A DNA stretch of 64,000 nucleotides from Lytechinus pictus (Eukaryota), in NCBI RefSeq assembly GCF_037042905.1, contig NC_087245.1, positions 15,502,001 to 15,566,000 of the forward strand. Direction: 5' to 3'. How positions within the stretch are numbered: position 1 is the first letter of the stretch; each line of letters starts with the position of its first letter. The notes under the pieces were generated by a model, which saw nothing but the letters and a program-made list of their open reading frames with translations, had not been told where the DNA came from and did no database searches. The position numbers and the translations under genes were made by a program. Positions 53,701 to 64,000 of the stretch are shown here, one piece after another.

Positions 53701-56700
53701 TTATCCATTATTTGTCTTATTTGGCACTGTAATAATATGTTACCCAGGTTGTACGTGTCAACATAAAAATCTCAATCTCATTCTATATATCATTTCTTGT
53801 CAAAGTGTGTGAAATGTGGGAATAAATTTAGAATAAGAAAAGATGTTAAGTACAAACGGATTGTGGTATACAGATAATGGTTGCCCTAAACCAAGTAAAG
53901 TGCAATGATTCAAGAAGATAGTCAGCAATGACAATTTGTCATTTTTTACAATTACCATAGTAATTGTCTGGAAAAAATGCATTCCAGACAATAACAGACA
54001 AGGATTTTCCTTTATTATCAGGAGGTGGCAATCTACTCAGTGCTAGCAACTTTCATCAGTGTGTAACAAAATCTGAAAGGATAATGCTGGAGCTTTTTAT
54101 AACTATTCCAAAGGTACTGTGCGTGTATAATTCTCACTAATGTGCTTAATGTGTATTGTTTGTATACTAGAAACTTACCGCTAGGCATGTAGATACAATC
54201 CCCTTTTTCCAGAATCACCCTGTCAAACACCAGGTCCTTGACGTTACTATGTATGTCATAGTCTACGTCATCTACATTGACACCCGAGTATCCTCCAAAC
54301 TCAAAGCGAGAGTCCTCAGACATATAAAGCCGTTCTTTCTGATATAAACAGGTGTATGGGGAAGAATGATAGGTATAAAGTACCTTTACCAGAAGTAAGA
54401 TGCGCATCTTTCATGAAGGAAAAAAAACACACCTTCATACAGGGATTCAAAATTGATGTTTCTTTCACAGGGGCTATCTTACATTTGTTCTCCACAGTTT
54501 TGTATATGATTAATGTAAGAAGAAAGCGATATTATTGGATTCCTGCACTAAGAGACAATACCGACTTTAGTAAGGTGCCTACTGAGAATGATGTAATTTG
54601 TCAACCATCAAAACTGCCATGATCATATAATAACACAGGTTTTTCTAATGCCCATTTTGAAATGTTTTTACCTGTAAAAAAATAAATACATTCACAACAA
54701 CTATCATTATTTCCCCTAAACAATAATTTGGCACACAAGGTGTTCAAGAAAATAGCGGGAAGAGAGGATTATTTCACAGAAAACTCAGAAACGCTTTATA
54801 TATTATTGACACTGGATGAGACCCAGTGTACAAGTTAATTGGAACTATCACTTCTTACATACCAGTGAAAAGAGGCAAACGTTTAAAGGGAGTGGAGTTT
54901 TGGATATGTGGCACAAAATGGAAGGGGCAAGGTGAGCAAAAATTCTCCTTCACCCCCCCCCCCCAAAAAAAAAAAATAGAAAAAAAAAAGTTATGAACAT
55001 CTGTTTAACCAAAATATCAGTTCCAAATATTCAAGGAAACTTGATAATTACAATGTTAAATAACATATTTGTAAGGTTTATAGTCATAAGTATCACCAAA
55101 CACCCCACCCCCAACCCACACCAGTGTGCTTACCTGGATAGGATCTGCAATAAGCCATTGCTTGGTCCCATTGTATACACAGTGGATGGAGCTGTATGGA
55201 TCGCGGTGAAGCAGAGTCTTCCCTCCTCGAGAACTCAGAAACAGGTGGACTTCCTTAGGATTCAAACACAACACAATCAAAGAAATCAAGGATTGTTGAC
55301 CATAGTGATGCTGCAGTCACATTTTCCCAACGTCGGCCGTAAGGCGAGTCGAAAACAGCCGCTTTATTCAATTTTATTCAAACCACCCATATGTAGCTGG
55401 TACAAAAAAAATTTAAAACGCCCGTTTTCAACTCGCCATAAGAGCAAATATGACTGAGGTATTAGCAACAGCATTGGCATACATGCTGTTTTCTGTATCA
55501 TTCAACTTTAAAAGTATGATCTTTTTTAAAAGCAAACATACATTTTTATAGCCTGTTTAAATTTCTCTTCACCAGGGGCCCGTTTCATAAAGCTGTTTGT
55601 AAGTTAAGAGCGACTTTAAGAATGACTGGTGATCCTTTCTTGTGGTAAATGACGTTCACCATTATTTGTTGGTGATTATTTAGCACATAAGAAAGGATCA
55701 CCAGTCATTCTTAAAGTCGCTCTTAACTTACGAACAGCTTTATGAAACACCCACCTGGTCTAAAGGCTTACGTTTGATGAGCAGTGAATTTTGAAGAGAA
55801 TAGGGAGGAAATTAGGTCATTAGGCTGGAAACATCCTAGTTATTAAAATTCTGTTGAAGATTTGTGCAACAAAGCACAGCACAAAGACTATAGATACAAT
55901 TAGGTCAAGTTCTCCACTCAAATCAACACACATTGCACAATACCAGAGACTGAAATATATTGTTGAAAATGGCAGACAAGCTTATAAAATTCTAATGATT
56001 TTATAAATGGTTTCAAGTGTCAGTTTTGTCTCAAGAAACATTTTTTTTCTCAAGAATTTGCATCCTTAACTTAGTTCAGGACCAATGGGGGCCATTTTTA
56101 AAAAATCTGTTACAAGAAGGTGAGATAGGAATCGGGTTGATCTCAAACCCGTGAGCTTTGCTTTCCTGGTAATTTGCATGAAAGAGGGGTGGACCATGTT
56201 ACCTAGAAATACCCAGGACTCAAAGCACAAAGCATAGCATAGCAATCGATCATAAGGCTGGTATTTACAATTGATTGCATTGGCTAAGATGTGCTATCAA
56301 TTGCACAAATTGTCTATACAATCAATTGCTACACTTTGTGTTACTGGGCACACGTAAAACCCTGTCCCTACCTGAACACCCTGTGCCAGGGATCCACAGG
56401 TTAGGAATGGAGGAAAGGCGATGTCTTTCTCCATGGGAGTAGGTATTTGTGATATGATGTAACCATCTAGGGTCTGGTAGCGATCCAAGAAGTTGCTGAT
56501 GGTGTCTCGTCCCATCCCTCCCACACCACTTGGTATCCTAGAGTTGTCCTCACTCCTACAACAGATATTCAAAAGAATGATTAATACTATTCACACTGTT
56601 AATTGAATAGACTCAGTAGTGCTCAATCATGAAACAATAACAGATTAATACTTTTATTTCTTTTCTTTATTTTATGATACCGGTAGTTAAAAAAAATAAA

Positions 56701-57655
56701 AATGAACATGGACATGGACATCAAATGAGGGAAAATGATATGAATTATGCCAATAAATTTGCATTTTCAGTGACTTAATTTTCTCAATAATATTTTAGAA
56801 AGAGTAGATATCAGAGTACCGTGTAGAGATGAACTTCAGTAAAATTGTCTTCTATTCATGAATTATTCCTAGTACTGTGAATTCGAAACAAATGTTAAGT
56901 ATGATTGTAAACATTCAGGACATATTAATAAGAGAGTAACTACAAAAACATTTTCTAATTTCTAAAGGAGACAGTGTATCTCTGTGGTCAGATGGCACAT
57001 TGCTATTTTGATACAAAAATATTAAACAAAATATCATCGGGTTTTGGGGCGTATTTCTCTTTAACATACTCTTCCCTGTTCCTCCATAATCATCATGTAT
57101 TGGTGGAAGCTCTCCACCCACAATGCCTAAATAACTTAGATGTAAAATGTTTTCTATGTAACTGGTTATATACCAGCTTGGCGTTATACCAGCAAAAGGC
57201 TATCTTTCTGCATTCCTATGGGAGTTACCATAACAGAATGATCATAAACATTTATCACAGAAAATATAATAATGTCCTTTTTACAACCTGCTCTCTTTGT
57301 ATTACCTGGCTTCAAGCCTGACTGAAAGACCTCCATACATTTCCTTCAAGTATTCTTCTGTCCAAAGATGATAGGCTGCAGAGTGTTTTGCTGCTCCCCG
57401 CAACACAACAGGTTTGTACTCTTTAATATACCTCTCATGGAACTCTACCGGTGTAGGGAAATGGTCTTCTGGACTTGCCTGTATTTCTTCAACGTAAGGT
57501 GTCGGCTCTGCATACTTGCCAAAGACATTGGCAGGCCGGCCCTTATAAAATGGATTCCTAGGGTCAAGATCAGGGACACTGAAATCTATTTCGGGCTTCA
57601 CAAAATGGAAGACGTTCACGGCGAACATGAATATGAAGAAGTGAGCCAGCTTCAT
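47329..57655 (-). CDS. ER-luminal JmjC (cupin-like) 2-oxoglutarate/Fe(II) oxygenase with EF-hand motifs and C-terminal HDEL; 610 aa, 10 coding exons
   Basis: Exons 57306-57655, 56372-56555, 55134-55253, 54179-54338, 53460-53658, 52785-52857, 51975-52019, 51297-51460, 50847-50958, 47329-47754. All junctions are GT-AG and phase-consistent, 1833 nt in total. JmjC-only hallmarks: F..RYI...KPVVLRGAA...W...YL, H-R-D, GTKQW, LEKGDCIYMPSGYTHQVRS. EF loop DTNGQGYITVKE. Ends RHDEL*. Confidence 0.92.
48601..48980. mobile_element. MITE with cagacctgccaacc TIRs
   Basis: cagacctgccaacc...ggttggcaggtctg. No TSD seen. Confidence 0.65.
48996..50372. mobile_element. Tc1/mariner-like element with long (~250 bp) TIRs and TA TSD
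   Basis: ta|cagtgcgtataaaaaaa...ttttttatacgcactg|ta. 48996-~49255 is the inverted match of ~50110-50372. Confidence 0.85.
50470..50822 (+). mobile_element. Helentron/DINE-1-like element, second copy
   Basis: Colinear with 44730-45099. Confidence 0.65.
50847..50958 (-). CDS. JmjC gene exon 9
   Basis: WGALTMLRGHNPSQPFSGSDFIKIYTFYLGGSTEVAKE. Phase 2-0, GTGAGT donor. Confidence 0.8.
51297..51460 (-). CDS. JmjC gene exon 8 (EF-hand)
   Basis: FMEILDTNGQGYITVKELDSLPLQTLKDLVEVIDPSDASNKGDFEYHHIDKDAI. Phase 0-2. Confidence 0.88.
51975..52019 (-). CDS. JmjC gene exon 7
   Basis: 45 nt, phase 0-0, GELNDEDLLVKQRLE. Junctions ttttctgcag / GTAAGG. Confidence 0.75.
52785..52857 (-). CDS. JmjC gene exon 6 (degenerate EF-like loop)
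   Basis: RTVMKTIADTTGKIWLGEFTDNFIQ. Phase 2-0. Confidence 0.8.
53460..53658 (-). CDS. JmjC gene exon 5 (distal Fe-binding His)
   Basis: GYTHQVRSRGYMNSAVSIWF... Phase 1-2. Confidence 0.9.
54179..54338 (-). CDS. JmjC gene exon 4
   Basis: KERLYMSED...SGVNVDDVD...ILEKGDCIYMPS. Phase 0-1. Confidence 0.9.
55134..55253 (-). CDS. JmjC gene exon 3 (HxD motif, 2OG-binding Lys)
   Basis: EVHLFLSSRGGKTLLHRDPYSSIHCVYNGTKQWLIADPIQ. Phase 0-0. Confidence 0.92.
55572..55758. mobile_element. Hairpin MITE (Harbinger-like)
   Basis: ~65-bp inverted arms gtttcataaagctgtt...aacagctttatgaaac. Confidence 0.75.
56372..56555 (-). CDS. JmjC gene exon 2
   Basis: RSEDNSRIPSG...TISNFLDRYQTLDGYIISQIPTPMEKDIAFPPFLTCG...VQ. 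Phase 2-0. Confidence 0.9.
57306..57655 (-). CDS. JmjC gene first coding exon (signal peptide and JmjC N-terminal region)
   Basis: MKLAHFFIFMFAVNVFHFVKP...PTPVEFHERYIKEYKPVVLRGAAKHSAAYHLWTEEYLKEMYG. A strong acceptor at ~57667 implies an upstream non-coding exon. Confidence 0.92.
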
Positions 57656-57776
57656 CGTGATAAATTCTGGAGGAGAAAAATAGAGATTGAATTTTTCGTA
57701 AATTTATTTGATGACATGATAAACTAATAGAGTTTTTTATTCAAGTTAATCAGCTCAGGTAAAGCTACATACCATT

Positions 57777-57947
57777 ATCCTGTTTTAGCTCAATAACAAT
57801 TTTCCTTCAAAAGTTATTTTACAAATCAATGAAACCTAGTTACATGTAGTTAATTAAATATAGATCCTGTTTTAGCTCAATAACAATTTTCCTTCAAAAG
57901 TTATTTTACAAATCAATGAAACCTAGTTAGTTACTTAAATATAGATC
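57777..57947. repeat. ~86-bp direct tandem duplication
   Basis: atcctgttttagctcaataacaattttccttcaaaag...gaaacctagtta occurs twice. Confidence 0.85.
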
Positions 57948-59939
57948 ACTCTTTGTCTGCAACCACCCTGTCTGTGTTGGGAGCCTATGCAACATAGTAC
58001 TTCTACAACATATTCTCAAAAAAATCTTTGTCTTACTCTTAGAAACATTTTCATTGCTACCCCCTAAAATAAGAATTAAAAATACATTCATTACTGTCTT
58101 TCGATATAATCCTGGTATTTTTTTTTGTCACCATAAGTGCTGAAATAATATCATGAGTTACCCACATAAAAGAAGAAGAGGAAAACATATACAGAAATAG
58201 GCTCATGATTATCTATAGTGAGTAATGTCATTTGAAGAAATCAATTTTCTTTAGCCTTGGGTTATATAACTGACTGATGAGCTGTGCCTCCCCCCTCCCA
58301 CACACACAAAAATAAATAAAATAAAAATAAAGAAATTAAAAAAATGAGCACTTATCAGTTAGATCAGGGGAAAATAAGCAAGAAAAGCTGTCTCAATATT
58401 GCCAACCTTAATTTCATCACTTGGGATGGGATTTAACTGCTCAGGACAAGGTCAAAGCCTTCTGCCTTTAGCTACACTGGATGTGTGACATACAAGTTGT
58501 ACTGCATACCACTCCCAGATATCACTCATCGTATGTATGAGGTTATTAACATCAATGAACAGGAATAAAATCATTTTGGGTTAAATGGTGGGCTCATGGT
58601 CGTTAGGTATCTTTAAATTTAAGTTGCTTACTTTATAAGACTTCCCTATAATACATGTATATGATTATCACCAGGCTAGCATGCATGCCAAGCTACATCT
58701 AACTAGATCCAAGTGACGTTTTAGTTTAGTTCAGTTTAGTTTACTCCAACGATGTTGCAGGACTAAGCCTGTTCATCGATCAAAGTAGAATGTCTATTGC
58801 TGTTCTCCTTCAGACAAAATTAGATGCGCTACTTATGTTGGCAGGGAGGGGTGGCAGGGGTATTGTAGACAGCAAAATATTCCATGGAAACACACGAGAA
58901 TCGAAAATCACTCAAAATCATAGGCAATCTTCTCCCAATGCTTAACCAGTCTATTCTTAAATGCAATCACTGAACAAGCAGTAACTACATCTTCTGGGAG
59001 ACTGTTCCACACATCTATCACTCGGTTAGCAAAGAAAAACTTACACACATCAAGACGTGAATATCTTTTCTCTAGCTTTAAGAAATGACCACATGTTTTA
59101 CCACCATTTCTCAGACAAAAAAGCTCAGAACTTGTATCATAGTAACCATGCAGATATTTGTACACGTCAATCATGTCACCTCTTTTACATCTGTGACTGA
59201 GTGATGGCAATTTCAGGAGGCGAAGACTTTCAGAGTATGATAGGTGCTTAATACCTGGGATCAATTTAGTAGCTCTACGTTGGACACTCTCTAACCACCT
59301 CTGCTCACCCAGTTTATACGGTGACCACGCAGCCTGGCCATATTCTAAGATTGGGTGAATAATACCCTTAAACAAAAGCTTAATAGAGGTCTTATCCAAA
59401 TGTACAAAAGTTCTTCTTGTAATACCAAGCAGTCTATTAGACTTTGACACCACTTTAGAAATGTGCTCCTTGAAAGAAAGACGTGAGTCTACCTGAACTC
59501 CTAAATCTCTCTCACATTCACGTAGAACAACCGATTGCGAACCTTTGGTCATATGATACTCAGAGTCAGACCTACTTCTTCCAATCTTCAAAACAGTACA
59601 TTTATCTGGGTGAAAACGTACCTGCCACTTCTCAGCCCAGGCCTCAAGCTCAGTCAAATCATCTTGCAATTTACCAGTGGCCCCTGGAACATCAGAACGA
59701 ACATACAACTTAGTATCGTCAGCAAACAGCTTGGCTGAAGTCTGCACTGAATCTGGGAGATCATTTACATACTTTAAAAACAAAATGGGGCCAAGAACAC
59801 TGCCCTGGGGTATTCCACTGCAAACTTCTGACCAGTGGGAGTGTTGACCACTGACAAAGACCCTTTTGATGTCTACCAAGCAGAAAGTCAATAATCCATG
59901 CATGCATTTTACCTTTGACTCCAAGAGCTTGTAGTTTAC

Positions 59940-60790
59940 TAGACCAAAAGCTTCAGTCTCTGTATTTTGGTTGTTCCGCTGAACTACGTTGGCTCCACTC
60001 ACCAATACATAGACTGAAGAGCTTGGAGGCCCAAACGTACAGCCAACGTATAAGTGAACTAACGTTTTATAGGTCGCGATTTAAAACTGTTTTTAAGCGA
60101 AATTTACAGTTTCATGGTTTCCATTATCAGGGAAATATAAATAACTTAAGTAATTGCGTACCTTGGACCGGAGTTATTGAAAAAATTCCTCTGGATGATT
60201 GAGAAATCTTTCATCAAAGACATTTTCACCTAAGCTGTCGAAGACATTTTCACCTAAGCTGACGGTTTTTCTTGCAAGTCGCCATCTTGAATGACGTCAT
60301 TATCCTTATTAACTTTTTAATGTCTCGATATATCGAATGTCGTCTGCTACCTCTGATCGTAGCGGTTTAGCTCGCATATGGAGCAGATCATATAATATTG
60401 AAAGCAATATCGATATCACATTCGTAAATTGTTGACGCCCTCTCCGTTCGTTGGTAAATATCTCATATTTTGGCTGCAATTTTGGGGTGATTCTCGAGAC
60501 CAAGACAAGTAAACATCGGTAAAGTACCATTTTCATACCTTTTGATCTATTTTGTGCATATTTCGTTATTTGTTATATATTCAAGACAGTAGTTAGGTAG
60601 TTTCTAAATCCTTAGACTGTAAATTCGATTTAAAAAAGAATATTGAAGTCTGGACAGTTAGTCAGAGAATTGGCGGAAGTGATAACACATGCGAGCTCAC
60701 ACTAACGAACTAACGTCGGTGAATGGGGATTATAGTGAAATGTCAGAAATTGTGAAGGAAATCCCCAGAAACGCCGTTTATTCCTGTCTA
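59940..60790 (+). mobile_element. 851-bp TAGAC...GTCTA DNA transposon with 9-bp TSD inserted in the LINE RT
   Basis: TSD gtagtttac at 59931-59939 and 60791-60799. Removing the element restores RT ...HRLLSKLQALG... Confidence 0.9.
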
Positions 60791-61099
60791 GTAGTTTACT
60801 AAGAAGTCGGTGATGGGGAACAGTGTCAAAGGCTTTCATAAAATCCATGAACACTACATCTACACTACCGCCATCATCCAAAATGCGGGTCCACTCATCC
60901 AGGACTTCTAAAAACTGTGTAGTACAAGAATGTCCAGCAATAAAACCATGCTGATGAACAGAGAGCAGGTCATTCTCCTGAAGATGACGAATAAGTTGTG
61001 TCCTAAGTCCTTACCAAGCTTTCAAGTAACTTACAAATATTAATACATGTCAGACTTACAGGCCTGTAGTTTCTAATTCTACTACTTCTACCTTCTGAT

Positions 61100-61242
61100 T
61101 AGACCAAAAGCTTCAGTCTCTGTATTTTGGTTGTTCCGCTGAACTGCGTTGGCTCACTCACCAATACATGGTGAATGGGGATTATAGTAAAATGTCAGAA
61201 ATTGTAGAATAAATCCCCAGAAACGACGGTTATTCCTGTCTA
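61100..61242 (+). mobile_element. 143-bp deletion derivative of the same TAGAC element with 9-bp TSD
   Basis: TSD ccttctgat at 61091-61099 and 61243-61251. Consists of the first ~70 bp and last ~73 bp of 59940-60790. Confidence 0.9.
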
Positions 61243-62353
61243 CCTTCTGATTTGCTACCCTTTTTAAATACCAGGGTCAAATTAGCACTCTTCCAATCTC
61301 AGGCAAAACTCCTTGTCCTACACGTTTCTGAAACATAATGGAAATAGGTAAGCAAAGTACACCAGCTAATTCCTTGCGTACACGTGGATGGACTAGGTCT
61401 GGTCCCACCCATGGGTTCATATCGTCTCGCGTGCGAAGGAATATCAGTCATATGCACGCGACACACACGACACATCCAAAATATACTGGGCTTTTGCCCA
61501 CATAAAATATCACGCATAATCTGGTATTTCACATTCTGCTATGACACTTACCGAATCATTTAGATCCTTCCGTGACTTCTCCTTGAAGTTTCTTTTAAAA
61601 AATATGTATATTTTCTTGATCTTTAGTGAAGATTTCACGGAGATCGAAATTGGTCAGCGTGGATATCAATTTTTGCCTAAAGAGGGCGCGCGATTTATAT
61701 TCATATCAAAGACACGACAAGGGAAAGACTAGGCACCTACACTATTTTACACGCAAATCGACGCAAGGCATTAAGCGAAGTCCGTGAAGTGTCCAATCTT
61801 TTCATTGTATAGACTTTGGTATACCGTATTATTGACGTACCTTCGTTAAAGCTTGTACTGCTGGTTTCGTTCCAGGCATGTGTATTTTTTCAATTTTTTT
61901 TTTATTAGTCATCGTTTTAAATTAATTGCAAAAAAGTGTTATCATCGCCAATAGTAATCTTGAATTATGTTTTTGAAGGTATTTCATTTATTGGTGCCCA
62001 TAATTAGTAAATTAATCATAAGAATTGCGCATTCAAAGAATTTAGACACAGTTATAAAATTACAGAGGAGCTGAATCAAGGTTGTGAAATTTATTAGCAC
62101 CACCAACGGTCTTCCTTGTATTTCCGTAGAAGAGACAAACGAGGTCACTTGCTAGGCCGAGGTAAGCGAAATTTGCTTTTTTTGTAATGAAATTATTTCC
62201 AAATCATATGTATAATTTTTTTATGTATTGCTAATGCTACTTACCGGAAAGAGCCCCGGTGCGTAGCGAGAAGGAGTTTCGGCAAATATTACTTCAGCAA
62301 TGAAGCGATGTTTGCCGACTACTTCGAAATCCAGGGTCAAACACGGTCCCTTG

Positions 62354-62383
62354 TACGAGGTTAGTATATATACTAACCTCGTA
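62354..62383. repeat. Perfect 30-bp palindrome
   Basis: tacgaggttagtatatatactaacctcgta equals its own reverse complement. Confidence 0.9.
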
Positions 62384-64000
62384 TTAGTCACTTGTTCACT
62401 GCAACCACCCTGCCTGTGGGGAATCTACAGGTTGGACTATGGCATGCCAATGCTGTACTGAGCACACACTTTGAAAAATGATTAAAATATCACTTTTGTG
62501 ACCAAAATTACTAATTTCCATACAGTTGCAATTTATTTTTCATTAGTAACTTGGGAATAATTTTTGTATTCATTAGAGCGCTAAAAAACTTGAATTTTGG
62601 GCATATTTTTGTGTACGCCCTCTATTGGTGGAAAATAATATGGCAAGAAAATTTTCATTTTTTTATCTCTATTTTTAATTAAGAAAAAAATAATTTAAAG
62701 AATCAAATTTATTTAAGGGCCAAGTTGTATGACGAATAGGTGTAATGGAAACTGTCAGTGTAAAAAAATCAAGCATTTTGTCCCAAAGAAAAAGAGAAAA
62801 TAAGCCAAACATTGCCATCCTTATTTTGCCACACATATAACTGTTCATTGAATGAGTGGTATTATTAGTGAGTGGTCTGGTCCAGCCTCCAGGGGATTTA
62901 CTTGGTTGCAGTTTTATACACAGAAGTCAGAAGATTGAATATATCATTATTTGGAGGATATCTCTATGTCATTAAAATTAAATTACAGCAGAAAATGACA
63001 GAAACGTATTGAAATAAATATCAACCTAAATGCACTCTCGTCATTTTCCATTCGTCAATGTCAATGACATTTTGACAACATCGTCGGTCAAGACACGAGT
63101 TGCATTGTAGAACAGCAGATTCGCAGGCCGACAGCTTAGCGTTCGCGGTGATGTGGCTGGCCGATATCTCGCCGCTCGGAACAAAATTCCGATTGAGAAT
63201 CGTATAATAATGCATTCTTAAAGAACTAAAGACGACATAGATGATATTTCATATGTCATAAATGACATGAAATAATAAATTTCTCATACCTGTGCTTCCA
63301 ATACGTGCATGCCACATCACAGGAAATCACTTCCGATTCAAAACAATAACAAGATATTCGGCTCCAACTTTGAACTTTTAATTTTACACGTGTACCGGAA
63401 CTTTTGTGTGTCTTTGGATAAGAGGGCGTGGTCGACTGGCAGAGCGGGGTCAATTTCGTACCTCTAGCTCTCCGATCGATCCGGAGCTCTGGGGGGTCAT
63501 CAAAGTTGTCAGCACTGACTAAATTGTCAGTGCTGACAATTTCAGTGAAATCCTTGGTTTTTATTGGCTGTGAGCACTTTCCTCTGACTGTTACTATGGT
63601 AACTGTCGGAGGAAGGCAACTTGTCAGTGCTGACAACTTTCATGAAATGCTCTGCCATATCTGAAATCTGCAAAGGTGCATCGTCTTATATATGAGTAAA
63701 CAAGATTACCAATTAGTTATTTGAAGAAAAAAACCCGGAAAAGAAACATTGCAAACATTCACTACATTTCAATTGGGGATAAGGTGAAATCAGACAAATA
63801 AAACGTTGAAAATTTCATCAAAATTGCAAGGAAAAAGCAAGTTACAACGTCTTCAGTGAAGTTTTGCATTATTTTGGTGAAACAGTTCTATGCACAGGCT
63901 CGTGAATATGCAATAAGCAAGCTGTTAATATAATATCACCATAAATTCTTTTGTACTTTATCAGGTTAAATTGTATGCAAGATCCCGGAGGGATATTACT

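Larger units (their letters stand above)
58719..61330 (-). mobile_element. 5'-truncated, decayed CR1-type LINE (reverse transcriptase region and 3' UTR) interrupted by two DNA transposons
   Basis: RT motifs VVFMDFMKAFDTVPH (~60820-60865), SGIPQGSVLGPILF and LFADDTK. CR1-like C-terminus (LESVQRRATK...RGDMI...FFANRVIDVWNSLP). (aaact)n-like tail at 58719-58744. Frameshifted. Confidence 0.92.

Noticed and set aside
54993..55457. 154-aa plus-strand ORF
   Set aside because: It is antisense to JmjC exon 3, overlaps a small repeat and has no recognisable motif.
58908..60005. 365-aa ORF as an intact gene or a retron-like RT
   Set aside because: It is chimeric: the N-terminus comes from the inserted DNA transposon and an off-frame segment, and the rest is a decayed CR1-type LINE RT.

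Overview
This is AT-rich, repeat-dense eukaryotic (animal) genomic DNA, not prokaryotic. The repeat landscape suggests a marine invertebrate, probably a sea urchin, but this is inference and unverified. Most ORFs in the supplied track are spurious. Manual splicing with GT-AG junctions and consistent phases gives four minus-strand genes. (1) The first coding exon of the proteasomal ubiquitin receptor ADRM1/Rpn13. (2) A small orphan secreted-peptide precursor of 77 or 91 aa with a GRR/RHAR processing site. (3) A 6-exon, 320-aa type I membrane protein: signal peptide, single WSC domain, Ser/Thr stalk, TM helix and a Tyr-motif-rich tail. (4) A 10-exon, 610-aa JmjC 2-oxoglutarate/Fe(II) oxygenase with a signal peptide, EF-hand motifs and a C-terminal HDEL, predicted to be an ER-luminal, possibly Ca2+-regulated hydroxylase. 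The rest is mobile DNA: many 8-bp-TSD (hAT-like) MITEs including nested ones, TA-TSD Tc1/mariner-like MITEs, TTAA Kolobok-like elements, Helentron/DINE-like elements, SINE fragments, a decayed CR1-type LINE interrupted by two TAGAC..GTCTA elements with 9-bp TSDs, and a 41-bp minisatellite expanded inside a MITE.
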